A DNA stretch of 64,000 nucleotides from Fusobacteriales bacterium (GTDB taxonomy: Bacteria > Fusobacteriota > Fusobacteriia > Fusobacteriales > Fusobacteriaceae): NCBI GenBank assembly GCA_020063625.1, contig JAICDD010000003.1, positions 16,833 through 80,832 of the forward strand, in the 5' to 3' direction. Positions 9,481 to 19,166 of the stretch are shown in pieces. The notes under the pieces are model-generated. The model saw only the letters and a program-made list of their open reading frames with translations. It searched no databases and was not told the DNA's origin. Numbering within the stretch: position 1 is the first letter of the stretch; every line of letters starts with the position of its first letter. The position numbers and the translations under genes were made by a program.

Positions 9481-12051
9481 ATGCTTGAAAAATTAGGAAA
9501 ATTTATCATTAAAAAATATCGCTTAGTATTATTTGTCAGCTTTATCATCACTATAATTTCTATATTTTTTATATCAAAATTAAAAATGAATATGCAATTT
9601 ATGGATTTACTTCCTAAAAATGATAATTCAGTAGTTATCTATAAAAAAGCTCTTAAAAATTTTGATAGTTTAGATTCTATAATAGTTGGTGTTCGTGGAG
9701 ATAATAAAGAAAATATTGAAAACTTTTTAAATGATATTCCCAAAACATTAAAAGATTGGAGTGAAGTAAAAAATATAAATTATACTCAAAATGATGAATT
9801 TATGCTAAAAAATGGGCTTATTACTATAAAAGAGAAAGATTTAAAAGACTTAGCACCTATTCTTTCTTCAAGTTCTATAACAGAGTTTCTAAAAACTACT
9901 AATGATAACTTTGAAAAAACTTATATTAATTCTTCAGACTCAGAAAAAGTTAGTGAAGATAGCAACAAAATAATTTATTTACTTAATTTTTTAAAAGATT
10001 TTTTAATAAAAACAAATAATGGTAGTTTAGATACTACAGATGCCAAAAGATTTTTTAGAGGTGATAAATATTTTATTTCTCCTGATAATACTTTAGGTAT
10101 ATTTATACTAAAATCAGCTATAAGTATAGATGATATTGTCGGTGTTACAAATTTTGTAAATAAATTAGAAGATTATTTAAATACTCAAGCTAAAAAATAT
10201 AATGTATCAATTGCTCTTACTGGTTCTCAAGTAATTTCAAGAGATGAAATGGTAGTTTCTACAAAAGATATGAACCTTACTTCCACTTTATCAATAATTC
10301 TTATGTTTTTACTATTTATAATCTCATTTAGATTAATTCGTTATTCTATTCTCGCAATTGTTCCTTTAGTAATGGGAATTATTTGGTCAATGGGAATAAC
10401 ATATCTATTATTTGGCACATTAAATATGCTAACAGCTATGATGGGAGCTATATTAATTGGACTTGGAATTGATTATTCTATACACATTTTATCTGTTTTT
10501 TTAGATGAAAAAAAATCAGGTGAAAATGTAGAAGAGAGTTTACTTAATGTATACAAAAAAATAATGAAAGGAATTATTACAGGCTCTATTACTACTAGTA
10601 TTGGATTTATTATGTTTGGCTTTAGCAAATTTCCAGGTTTTAAAGAATTTGGTATTGTTTTAGGTGTAGGAATAATCTGTACTCTATTAGCTGCACTTTT
10701 TACGCTTCCTGCTTTACTTATGGTATTTGGTAAAAAAAATATAAAATTTAAAAATAATAAGAATATCTATATACTTGAAAAATTAGAAAAACCTATAATT
10801 AAACATAAATATATTACTTTAAGTGTTATTATAATAATAGTTGCTCTTTTATCAATAAAATCTACAAAATTTGAATTTGAAAAAGATATGATGAAAATAG
10901 AAGCAAAAGGATTAAAAAGTATAGCTTTAAATAAAGAGATAATCAAAAAATTTGATTTTACTTCTGATAATTCTATTATAATTAATAAAACTTTAAAAGA
11001 AAGTGAAGAAGATTATGAAAAACTTGATAATTTAGATAGTGTTGGAGAAATCTCTTCTATTGCACAATATTTACCTTCAATTGAAAAACAAAATAAACGT
11101 TTAGCTATCATAAAAGAGATTAAAAAAAGTGCTATAAAAAAAGTAGATAATACTATTTATAAAGATGAACTTATTGAAGAACTTGAAAGATTAGAGAATA
11201 ATATTATTGAACTTTCAGACCTTAGCTATGTAAGTGGAGATATAAAAATAACTGATAAATGTGATGAATTTATCGATTCAAATATTATCCAAGATTTTAT
11301 TGAAAATCTAAATTTAGATAATATAAAAAAATCTCAAATAAACTTTTTTACATCATTAAAAAATATTATATCAAATCACAACGAAAATATTATTACATTA
11401 AAAGATATTCCCGATAGCATAAAAAATGATTTTATTGGAAAAAATAATGAATTTATAACTACAATTTATCCTAAAAATGACCTTTGGAATGAAGATTTTC
11501 AAAAAAAATTCTTAACTGAAATTGATAGTGTAAATCCAAATAATAGTGGAACAGCTAAAATATTTATTAAAGTTGTTGAAGCTGAAAAAACTGAAGGTAA
11601 AAAAGTCCTTATCTATACTGTTATTGCTATATTTATAGTTTTATTAATTGATTTAAAAAGTTTTAAATATGCAACATTTGCATTACTTCCTATGCTTGTA
11701 ACAATACTTGCAATATTAGGTATAATGGGATGGACTGGATTTAAATTTGATGTAGTTAATGTTATTGGAATTCCTTTAATTATTGGAATAGGTGTAGATG
11801 ATGGAGTTCATTTAATTCATAGATATTTACATGAAAAAGATTTATTAATTACATTTAGAAGTACTGGTAAAGCAATTACTCTTACTACCCTCTCTACTGT
11901 ATTTGCATTTGGTACTTTGATGCTTGCAAAATATCGTGGATTTGTTGGATTTGGATTTTTACTTAGTTTAGGAGTCACTCTTGCATATCTATTTACTATA
12001 TTTTTATTAGTATCCTTAATTGCAATCTTTAATAAAATAACTCTCAAATAG
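9481..12051 (+). CDS. MMPL/RND-family transporter
   Basis: Two 1+5 TM halves with large periplasmic loops; GLGIDYSIH and GIGVDDGVH motifs. Confidence 0.92.
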   Translation: MLEKLGKFIIKKYRLVLFVSFIITIISIFFISKLKMNMQFMDLLPKNDNSVVIYKKALKNFDSLDSIIVGVRGDNKENIENFLNDIPKTLKDWSEVKNINYTQNDEFMLKNGLITIKEKDLKDLAPILSSSSITEFLKTTNDNFEKTYINSSDSEKVSEDSNKIIYLLNFLKDFLIKTNNGSLDTTDAKRFFRGDKYFISPDNTLGIFILKSAISIDDIVGVTNFVNKLEDYLNTQAKKYNVSIALTGSQVISRDEMVVSTKDMNLTSTLSIILMFLLFIISFRLIRYSILAIVPLVMGIIWSMGITYLLFGTLNMLTAMMGAILIGLGIDYSIHILSVFLDEKKSGENVEESLLNVYKKIMKGIITGSITTSIGFIMFGFSKFPGFKEFGIVLGVGIICTLLAALFTLPALLMVFGKKNIKFKNNKNIYILEKLEKPIIKHKYITLSVIIIIVALLSIKSTKFEFEKDMMKIEAKGLKSIALNKEIIKKFDFTSDNSIIINKTLKESEEDYEKLDNLDSVGEISSIAQYLPSIEKQNKRLAIIKEIKKSAIKKVDNTIYKDELIEELERLENNIIELSDLSYVSGDIKITDKCDEFIDSNIIQDFIENLNLDNIKKSQINFFTSLKNIISNHNENIITLKDIPDSIKNDFIGKNNEFITTIYPKNDLWNEDFQKKFLTEIDSVNPNNSGTAKIFIKVVEAEKTEGKKVLIYTVIAIFIVLLIDLKSFKYATFALLPMLVTILAILGIMGWTGFKFDVVNVIGIPLIIGIGVDDGVHLIHRYLHEKDLLITFRSTGKAITLTTLSTVFAFGTLMLAKYRGFVGFGFLLSLGVTLAYLFTIFLLVSLIAIFNKITLK

Positions 12052-12062
12052 GAGGCTTTAAA

Positions 12063-12800
12063 ATGAAAAAAATTATTTTTATATTCTTGATTATATTTTC
12101 AATATCTAGTTTTTCAGAAATAAATACAGATGTAAATAAAATAATTAAAAACATAAAAAAAAATACCGATTATAACAGTAGTTTTCAAATATCTACTATG
12201 AAAATCGAAACAAATGGAAAAACAACTTCTAGTATGACTTTTGAAGCATATTCAAAAAAAGTAGATAATAATACATGGCAATTAATGAAATTTACTTCAC
12301 CTAGTAGATTAACAGGTACATCTATACTTTCAAAAAAAGGAAATACATGGTATTATAATAAAAGAACAAATCGAGTTAGACTTTTATCCAAAAGTGCTAA
12401 AAATGGAAGTGTAATGGGATCTAGTTTTTCTTATGATGATATGGATTTAGATTATGAAAAAGATTTTACTTTTTCTATAATAAATAGTGATAAAAACTAT
12501 TATTACTTAAAGCTTATCCCAAAAGATAATAGTAAAAAATACAGTTATATTATTTCAAAAGTAAATAAAACTAATTTCACTGAAGAATTAATTGAATATT
12601 ATGATAAAAATAATTTATTATATAAAAAATTAGAAATAACTGACTATAAAAAAATTAATAATTATTTTATACCTAAAAACATGAAAATGACAGACCTTAC
12701 TACAAATAAATCAACTTATATTATTACAGATTTTTCAACTATAAAAATTAATATAGAATTAAAAGATTCTATATTTTCAGAAAAAAATTTAAAAAAATAA
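12063..12800 (+). CDS. outer membrane lipoprotein-sorting (LolA-like) protein
   Basis: Signal peptide; FTSPSRLTGTSIL, RVRLL, GSVMGSSFSYDDM motifs typical of MMPL-associated LolA-like proteins. Confidence 0.85.
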   Translation: MKKIIFIFLIIFSISSFSEINTDVNKIIKNIKKNTDYNSSFQISTMKIETNGKTTSSMTFEAYSKKVDNNTWQLMKFTSPSRLTGTSILSKKGNTWYYNKRTNRVRLLSKSAKNGSVMGSSFSYDDMDLDYEKDFTFSIINSDKNYYYLKLIPKDNSKKYSYIISKVNKTNFTEELIEYYDKNNLLYKKLEITDYKKINNYFIPKNMKMTDLTTNKSTYIITDFSTIKINIELKDSIFSEKNLKK

Positions 12801-12812
12801 GGAGAGCTAAAC

Positions 12813-12890
12813 ATGAAGAAAAAACTAATTTTATTATCGCTTTTTACATTAATTTCACTAAATAGTTTTGCTGAAACTTCTCTTAAATAA
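12813..12890 (+). pseudogene. truncated secreted protein (signal peptide only, 25 aa)
   Basis: GGAG RBS, then MKKKLILLSLFTLISLNSFA-ETSLK*; directly followed by a half repeat element. Confidence 0.7.
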
Positions 12891-12933
12891 ATTCTCAATT
12901 AATTTATTTTTTAGTAGTCCTTTTCAGTCATCT
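12891..12933 (-). repeat. left-end half copy of the REP/MITE-like element
   Basis: Reverse complement AGATGACTGAAAAGGACTACTAAAAAATAAATTAATT matches 1491-1526. Confidence 0.75.
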
Positions 12934-12945
12934 TTTTTTCTTTAT

Positions 12946-12974
12946 TTGACAATTTTTAATAAATAAAGTAAAAT
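12946..12974 (+). promoter_or_regulatory. promoter of the glycine riboswitch leader
   Basis: TTGACA (12946-12951), N17, TAAAAT (12969-12974). Confidence 0.8.
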
Positions 12975-12994
12975 ATATCAAAATTTAATAACTC

Positions 12995-13136
12995 GGTTGA
13001 AAATATAGGGAGAGAATCATAGTTTTGGTCACCGAAGAAGTAATACTTTCAGGTAAAAGGACCTATATTGGACGAACCTCTGGAGAGATCCAAAAGGACA
13101 CCGAAGGAGTAACGCTCTCAGGTAAAAGGACAGAGG
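12995..13136 (+). ncRNA. tandem (two-aptamer) glycine riboswitch
   Basis: Aptamer 1: P1 AATATAGG/CCTATATT, GGAGAGA, CACCGAAGAAG, CTTTCAGGT. Linker GGACGAACC. Aptamer 2: P1 CCTCTG/CAGAGG, CACCGAAGGAG, CTCTCAGGT. Leader GGTTGA can pair with the linker (K-turn). Confidence 0.96.
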
Positions 13137-13172
13137 ATATTTTGAAACGATTTTTAAAATATCTTTTCTTTT
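13136..13172 (+). terminator. riboswitch expression-platform terminator
   Basis: GATATTTTGA...TTAAAATATC stem plus TTTTCTTTT; overlaps the 3' end of aptamer-2 P1 (ON-switch geometry). Confidence 0.75.
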
Positions 13173-13176
13173 ATTT

Positions 13177-13201
13177 GGCAGTGTAAAAACTGCTTTTTTT
13201 T
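13177..13201 (+). terminator. second terminator-like hairpin downstream of the riboswitch
   Basis: GGCAGT-gtaaaa-ACTGCT followed by a T run. Confidence 0.5.
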
Positions 13202-13241
13202 ATATATTTTAAATAATAATTAAATTACAAAGAAAAGAAGT

Positions 13242-13415
13242 CACAAGGAACACGAAGATAGGAAAACCAGAACTACAAAGAAAAATCTTAGTGGTCCTTA
13301 GTGCTTTTCTCTGTGCACTTTGTGTAACAAAAAATCTAATATTCATCCCGTGTAAATCTTGTGGTTTCAAAATAATTTATTCTTCGTGTATCTTAGAGCT
13401 CTTCGTGTCTTAGTG
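13242..13415. repeat. cluster of degenerate CTT(A/C/T)GTG heptamer repeats and complementary CAC(A/G)A(A/G)G units
   Basis: CACAAGGAACACGAAG, CTTAGTGGTCCTTAGTG, CTCTGTGCACTTTGTG, TCTTCGTGT x2 (13381, 13400) complementary to ACACGAAGA (13250). Confidence 0.6.
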
Positions 13416-13481
13416 CTGAAAAAAATATTAAAAAAAAAATAAAACAAACAAAAACATTTAATATATAAGGAGGCTTTCAAT

Positions 13482-13760
13482 ATGGAAGGAAAAATAGTTA
13501 TAACTGTAATTGGAGATGATAAAGTAGGAATAGTTTCTGAAGTATCATTAAAACTTAAAGAATTAAAATGTAATATTATAGATATTACTCAAACAATATT
13601 TGAAAATGAAATTTTTGCTATGATTATGTTAGTTGAAACAAAAGATTCTACTCTTGAATTTAATAAAATAAAAGAAGAATTAAAATCTCTAGAAGAAAAA
13701 ATAGGCGTAAAAGTTTACGTTCAACATGAAGATATATTTAAAGCTATGCATAGAATTTAA
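13482..13760 (+). CDS. ACT domain protein (UPF0237)
   Basis: VITVIGDDKVGIV...NIIDITQTI...FAMIMLV...QHEDIFKAMHRI. Confidence 0.93.
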   Translation: MEGKIVITVIGDDKVGIVSEVSLKLKELKCNIIDITQTIFENEIFAMIMLVETKDSTLEFNKIKEELKSLEEKIGVKVYVQHEDIFKAMHRI

Positions 13761-13781
13761 TAAATTAACGAGGAGGAAAAA

Positions 13782-15152
13782 ATGCACGTTTTAGCAAATT
13801 CAAATGAAATATTAGAAACAATTAAAATGGTTGATATGCAAAACCTTGATATAAGAACTGTAACTTTAGGTATTAGTTTGCTTGATTGTATAGATAAAAA
13901 TGCAGAAAAAACTTGCGAAAATATATATAATAAAATATTAAAATATGGTAAAAATTTAGTTAATATTGCAAATGCTGTATCAAATAAATATGGAGTTCCT
14001 ATTGTAAATAAAAGAGTTTCTGTTACTCCAATTTCAATAATTGCTGGAGCTACTGATGCAGATGATTATACTATTTTTGCAGAAACTTTAGATAAAGCTG
14101 CAAAAGATATAGGAATTGATTTTATTGGTGGTTTTTCTGCTCTTGTAGAAAAAGGATTTACAGAAAGCGACTTAAAATTAATAAATTCTATTCCAAAAGC
14201 TCTTACTGTTACTGAAAGAGTTTGTTCATCTGTAAATGTAGGTTCTACAAAAGCTGGAATAAATCTTGATGCTGTAAAAATGCTTGGTAAAACTGTAAAA
14301 GAATTAGCCTATAATACAAAAGAACAAGATGGTTTAGGTGCCGCAAAATTTGTAGTATTTACAAATGCTGTAAGTGATAATCCGTTTATGGCTGGTGCTT
14401 TTCATGGAGTTGGTGAAAGTGAAGTTGTTTTAAATCTTGGAATTAGTGGACCTGGTGTTGTAAGAGCTGCTCTTAGCAAGATAGATAAAAAAGCTGATAT
14501 TAGTGTAATTACTGAAGAAATTAAAAAAATAAGTTTTAAAATAACAAGAATGGGTGAATTAGTAGGAAAAGAAGTTGCAAAACAACTTGGAGTAGAATTT
14601 GGAATAATTGATTTATCACTTGCTCCTACTCCTGCAGTTGGAGATAGTGTAGGAAATATCTTAGAAGAGTTTGGATTAGAATCTGTTGGAGCTTATGGTA
14701 CTACTTTAGCTCTTGCTATTTTAAATGATGCTGTAAAAAAAGGTGGTGCTATGGCTGCTACTAGAGTAGGTGGATTAACTGGTGCTTTTATTCCTGTAAG
14801 TGAAGACCAAGGAATGATTGCTGCCGCAAGTAAAGGATATCTTACATTAGAAAAACTTGAAGCAATGACTTGTGTTTGTTCTGTTGGATTAGACATGATA
14901 GCAATACCTGGTGATACTCCTGATTATGTAATTTCAGGTCTTATAGCTGATGAGATGGCTATTGGAATGGTAAATAATAAAACAACTGCTGTTAGAGTTA
15001 TTCCTGTACCTGGTAAATGTGTTGGTGATAGAGTAGTGTTTGGTGGTTTATTAGGAGAAGCTGATATTATGCCTATAAACTCACTAAATTGTTCTACTTT
15101 AATTAATCGGGGTGGAAAAGTAGCACCTCCTATTCAAGCAATGAAAAATTAA
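13782..15152 (+). CDS. PFL-family protein (UPF0210/DUF711)
   Basis: [50 protein letters not shown] motifs. Confidence 0.93.
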   Translation: MHVLANSNEILETIKMVDMQNLDIRTVTLGISLLDCIDKNAEKTCENIYNKILKYGKNLVNIANAVSNKYGVPIVNKRVSVTPISIIAGATDADDYTIFAETLDKAAKDIGIDFIGGFSALVEKGFTESDLKLINSIPKALTVTERVCSSVNVGSTKAGINLDAVKMLGKTVKELAYNTKEQDGLGAAKFVVFTNAVSDNPFMAGAFHGVGESEVVLNLGISGPGVVRAALSKIDKKADISVITEEIKKISFKITRMGELVGKEVAKQLGVEFGIIDLSLAPTPAVGDSVGNILEEFGLESVGAYGTTLALAILNDAVKKGGAMAATRVGGLTGAFIPVSEDQGMIAAASKGYLTLEKLEAMTCVCSVGLDMIAIPGDTPDYVISGLIADEMAIGMVNNKTTAVRVIPVPGKCVGDRVVFGGLLGEADIMPINSLNCSTLINRGGKVAPPIQAMKN

Positions 15153-15179
15153 TCTCTTAAAATATTATATGATTTTTTT

Positions 15180-15219
15180 AAGTTGAGTGTATTAAATTTT
15201 AACTACACTCAACTTTTTT
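15180..15219 (+). terminator. intrinsic terminator
   Basis: AAGTTGAGTGTA/TACACTCAACTT 12-bp stem plus T run. Confidence 0.85.
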
Positions 15220-15318
15220 ATAATGTGATAATAAATTTTTCTCTTGTTTAAAAAAGGATTTTTTATTTTTTATCGAAAATAGATATATATGATTTTTTAT
15301 TTTAAGAGGAGGATAAAT

Positions 15319-15783
15319 ATGGAACAAACTTTTGCAATGATAAAACCTGGAGCAGTACAAAGAGAATTAATTGGAGAAATTATAAGTAGATTTGAAAAAA
15401 AAGGAATAAAAATAGTTGGACTTAAACTTATGCAAATGAGTGAAGAACTTGCTAAAAAACATTATGCTGAACATAAAGAAAAACCTTTTTTTAATGAATT
15501 AGTAAAAGGAATTACAGCTGGACCTGTAGTTGCTATGGTTTTAGAAGGGGAAGATGTAATTAAAATAGTTCGAACTATGGCAGGTGCTACAAGACCTTCT
15601 GATGCTCTTCCTGGCACTATTAGAGGAGATTATGTACTTGATACTGGAAAAAATGTAATTCATACTTCTGATTCAAAAGAGAGTGCAACTCGTGAAATTA
15701 ATCTATTTTTTAAAAAAAAGGAAATTTTAAATTATTCTCTTGCTACTGAAACATGGATATATGTACTACCAAAAACTGAATAA
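15319..15783 (+). CDS. ndk: nucleoside diphosphate kinase
   Basis: [29 protein letters not shown] catalytic His; start moved to the ATG after GAGGAGG. Confidence 0.96.
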   Translation: MEQTFAMIKPGAVQRELIGEIISRFEKKGIKIVGLKLMQMSEELAKKHYAEHKEKPFFNELVKGITAGPVVAMVLEGEDVIKIVRTMAGATRPSDALPGTIRGDYVLDTGKNVIHTSDSKESATREINLFFKKKEILNYSLATETWIYVLPKTE

Positions 15784-15854
15784 TTTAAACTGTATATATT
15801 CTTGTAATTTAATTGTATTTATGCTAAAATTAATTTAAATTTGAGGTGGTCAAA

Positions 15855-16298
15855 ATGAAAAAAATTACTGATGTTATGTCAAAAAATGTAGTTACTGTAT
15901 CCTCTGATACAAATATAAAAGAGATTATTAGTATAATGAAAGAAAAAAATATAGGTAAATTGCCTGTTATTGAAAATAATAACATTATTGGAGTTGTTGA
16001 AAGAAAATCTTTATTAATAAAAAAAGAAATAGCTCCTTTGCCACCTGTTATTGCTATAAATGATTTAATTTTACAATTACCTAATACTAAATCTTTTAAA
16101 GAAAAATTAAACAAACTTATTGGTTATACTGCAAAAGAGATTATGGAAAAAGATTTTTTAAAAATAGATATCAATGATACTCTAGAAAATTTAGTTACTA
16201 AATTAGTCGAAGATAACTATACTTATGCATTAATTTTTAATAACAACTCTTTAGAAGGGATAGTTACTGAGACAGATTTAATAAAAAATATTTTTTAA
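15855..16298 (+). CDS. CBS-pair domain protein
   Basis: DVMSKNVVTV...LPVIE...GVV and EIMEKD...GIVTETDL; start moved to the ATG after GAGGTG. Confidence 0.88.
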   Translation: MKKITDVMSKNVVTVSSDTNIKEIISIMKEKNIGKLPVIENNNIIGVVERKSLLIKKEIAPLPPVIAINDLILQLPNTKSFKEKLNKLIGYTAKEIMEKDFLKIDINDTLENLVTKLVEDNYTYALIFNNNSLEGIVTETDLIKNIF

Positions 16299-16317
16299 TT
16301 AAGGAAGGTGTACTTAC

Positions 16318-17622
16318 TTGGAAACGTATAGTCAGATTATATTGTTAATTTTTTTAATAATTTTATCTGGATTTTTTTCATCATCTGAAACTGCTCTTAC
16401 AGGGTTTAAGATGACAAAATTAAAAAAAGTCGAAGAAGAAAATGAAAATATTGCAAACCTTTTAAAACTTTGGTTAAAAAAACCAAATGAATTTCTTACT
16501 GCAATATTAATTGGGAATAATATTGTAAACATTTTAGCATCATCAATTGCAACTACTTTAGCTATTTCTTTAATTGGAAATAATGCTAATACCATTCTTT
16601 TAGTTACTGGTATAATGACTATCATTATATTAATTTTTGGAGAAATAACACCAAAAATAATAGCTAAAAATTATCCTACTAAGATTTCAATGGCTGTAAT
16701 TAAAATAATAAATGTTTTAAATATTTTATTTTATCCCATTACAAAAATCCTTATTTTTGTTTCAAGAATTATAAGTAGATTTTTTGGGGTAGAATTAAAT
16801 GAAACTAAATTTTTAATTACAGAAGAAGATATAAAATCATTTGTAACAGTAGGAAAAGATGAGGGTGTTTTAGAAGAAGAAGAACAAGAGATGATTCACT
16901 CAATATTTGAATTTGGTGATACTACTGTTAAAGAGGTTATGATTCCCCGTACAACAATGTTTGTCCTTGAAGGTTCTCAAACATTAAATGACGTTTGGGA
17001 CGATATCATTGATAGTGGTTTTTCTAGAATTCCTGTTTATGAAGAAAAAATTGATAATATTGTAGGAATTATTTATGTTAAAGACCTTTTTACAGTTATA
17101 AAAGAAGATAAAGTAGATTTGCCAATTAAAAATTTTGTTAGAGACGCATATTTTGTCCCTGAAACAAAAGAGCTTGATGATTTGTTAAAAGAATTTAAAA
17201 AAGCTCATATTCATATTGCAATGGTTGTTGATGAATACGGTGGTATTAATGGGCTCGTTACTATAGAAGACTTAATTGAAGAAATTATTGGAGAAATAAG
17301 CGATGAATTTGATGACGCTGATGATGGTCAATTAATCAAAAAGTTAGATGAAAATAAATATCTTATTGATGCTATGATATCAATTGATGATTTAGACAAT
17401 GAGTTAAATATAAATATTCCTATTTCTGAAGATTATGATACTTTAGGTGGGTTTATTTATTCAGAATTAGGAAGAATGCCTGTTGTTAATGATACTATTA
17501 ACTATGAAAATTTAACTATACGTGTAATGAAAATTGAAAAAAGACGTATTGATAAAGTTCTTATTATAATTAATAATTTAGAAAATAATGGTGATATAGG
17601 TGAATCGGAGAATAAGAAATAA
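16318..17622 (+). CDS. CNNM/CorC/TlyC-family (DUF21-CBS-CorC) Mg2+ efflux-type protein
   Basis: SGFFSSSETAL, ILIGNNIVN, FGEITPKIIA, FSRIPVY, VVDEYGG...VTIEDLIEEIIGEI. Confidence 0.93.
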   Translation: METYSQIILLIFLIILSGFFSSSETALTGFKMTKLKKVEEENENIANLLKLWLKKPNEFLTAILIGNNIVNILASSIATTLAISLIGNNANTILLVTGIMTIIILIFGEITPKIIAKNYPTKISMAVIKIINVLNILFYPITKILIFVSRIISRFFGVELNETKFLITEEDIKSFVTVGKDEGVLEEEEQEMIHSIFEFGDTTVKEVMIPRTTMFVLEGSQTLNDVWDDIIDSGFSRIPVYEEKIDNIVGIIYVKDLFTVIKEDKVDLPIKNFVRDAYFVPETKELDDLLKEFKKAHIHIAMVVDEYGGINGLVTIEDLIEEIIGEISDEFDDADDGQLIKKLDENKYLIDAMISIDDLDNELNINIPISEDYDTLGGFIYSELGRMPVVNDTINYENLTIRVMKIEKRRIDKVLIIINNLENNGDIGESENKK

Positions 17623-18310
17623 TTTAAAAAAATACTTTATTGCTGGAATAATAGCTACTTTACCCTTATTTGCTACTATTTATATACTATTATTCATTTT
17701 TAGATTAACTATTAATACTGTTACTCAGATTCTTCCTATGCAATATTTAGTTAATATTTTTTTGAAAAATAATATAGGTGTAAATATTGAATTTTTAAAA
17801 TATATTTTATCAAATTTTTTATCTCTTACATTAGTCTTTTTTATAATTTATATAATTGGATTAATAGTAAGTCATTTTATAAATTATGAAAGAATCCACT
17901 ATTTTGAAAATGTTTTTTTAAAATTACCTTTAGTTAAACCTATATATTCTACATTTAAACAATTTAATAATATACTTTTTTCTAAAGATTTTAAATCTTA
18001 TAAAAAAGTTGTTTTGGTTGAATATCCTAGAAAAGGAATATATAGTATCGGTTTTTTAACTAATAATAAAAGTTTTTTCAATAATAAACATATCAACGGA
18101 GTAGAGTTATGTAGTATTTTTATTCCTACATCACCTAATCCTACTTCTGGTATGTTTATTATGACTAATATAGATGAAGTGATTTTTTTAAATATGAAAA
18201 TTGAAGATGCTTTTAAACTAATTATATCTGGAGGAGCAATTTATCCTGAAGAATTAATTGAGACTTATAAAGAGGTGAAAATTACAGGGGATGAATCGAA
18301 AAATATTTAA
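17600..18310 (+). CDS. DUF502 family membrane protein
   Basis: VVLVEYPRKGIYSIGF and FIPTSPNPTSG motifs. Confidence 0.9.
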   Translation: MNRRIRNNLKKYFIAGIIATLPLFATIYILLFIFRLTINTVTQILPMQYLVNIFLKNNIGVNIEFLKYILSNFLSLTLVFFIIYIIGLIVSHFINYERIHYFENVFLKLPLVKPIYSTFKQFNNILFSKDFKSYKKVVLVEYPRKGIYSIGFLTNNKSFFNNKHINGVELCSIFIPTSPNPTSGMFIMTNIDEVIFLNMKIEDAFKLIISGGAIYPEELIETYKEVKITGDESKNI

Positions 18311-19166
18311 TTTTTTTATTGTTTTAATACTTATTTTTAATTTTGGATGTAGTAATACTGAAAAAAAGCAGATAGAGGAAAATAAAAAACAGGAAAATTA
18401 TGCAATTGTCAAAGGGATTAACGCTCTTAATCAAAATAAAATTCAAATTGCTCTTGAAAGTTTTTTAAAAGCATACTCTATTAATTCTGAAAATGTTTTT
18501 ACATTACAAAATCTTGCTTTTATTTATAGTGAAAAAAAAGATTATGATACTGCTGAATATTATTATTTAAAAATTTTATCAAAGAAACCTAATGATACAA
18601 ATACACTATATAATATTTCTGTTTTATATTATAATCAAAAAAAATATTTAGAGTCATTAAATTATATTAATAAAATTTCTTATGATCAATTAAATGATAA
18701 CATTTTAATATTAAAATCTAAGATTTATTATGCTTTAAATGACTATAATAATTCATATAATACTCTCACGCTTATTAATAAAAAAACTCTTGATACTGAT
18801 ATTTTTTTAGCTGAAATTTTATTTAAATTAAATGATATTTCAAAACTTCAATCTTTATTAGTATCTTTATATAAAGAATATCCTAATAATTTTGATGTTA
18901 ACATATTATACTCAAAACATTTATACTATAATCTAAATGAATATAAAAAATCATTAAATATTATAAATAAATATTTTATAAATAATAGCGTTAATAAAGA
19001 TATGATTATTTTTATTGCAAAAGTTTGTATTGATAATAATGATTTTGTACAAGCAAAAAAATATCTAAATTTAACTCCTGAAGAAGATATTTTTGATACT
19101 CAAATTTTAGAATTAAAAAAAATTATAGAAAAGGAAGTAAAAAATAATGAAAGATTGGCAAGTTAA
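18291..19166 (+). CDS. TPR-repeat lipoprotein
   Basis: Lipobox FNFG-C; TPR-like helices (NLAFIYSEKKDYDTAEYYY). Confidence 0.8.
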   Translation: MNRKIFNFFIVLILIFNFGCSNTEKKQIEENKKQENYAIVKGINALNQNKIQIALESFLKAYSINSENVFTLQNLAFIYSEKKDYDTAEYYYLKILSKKPNDTNTLYNISVLYYNQKKYLESLNYINKISYDQLNDNILILKSKIYYALNDYNNSYNTLTLINKKTLDTDIFLAEILFKLNDISKLQSLLVSLYKEYPNNFDVNILYSKHLYYNLNEYKKSLNIINKYFINNSVNKDMIIFIAKVCIDNNDFVQAKKYLNLTPEEDIFDTQILELKKIIEKEVKNNERLAS

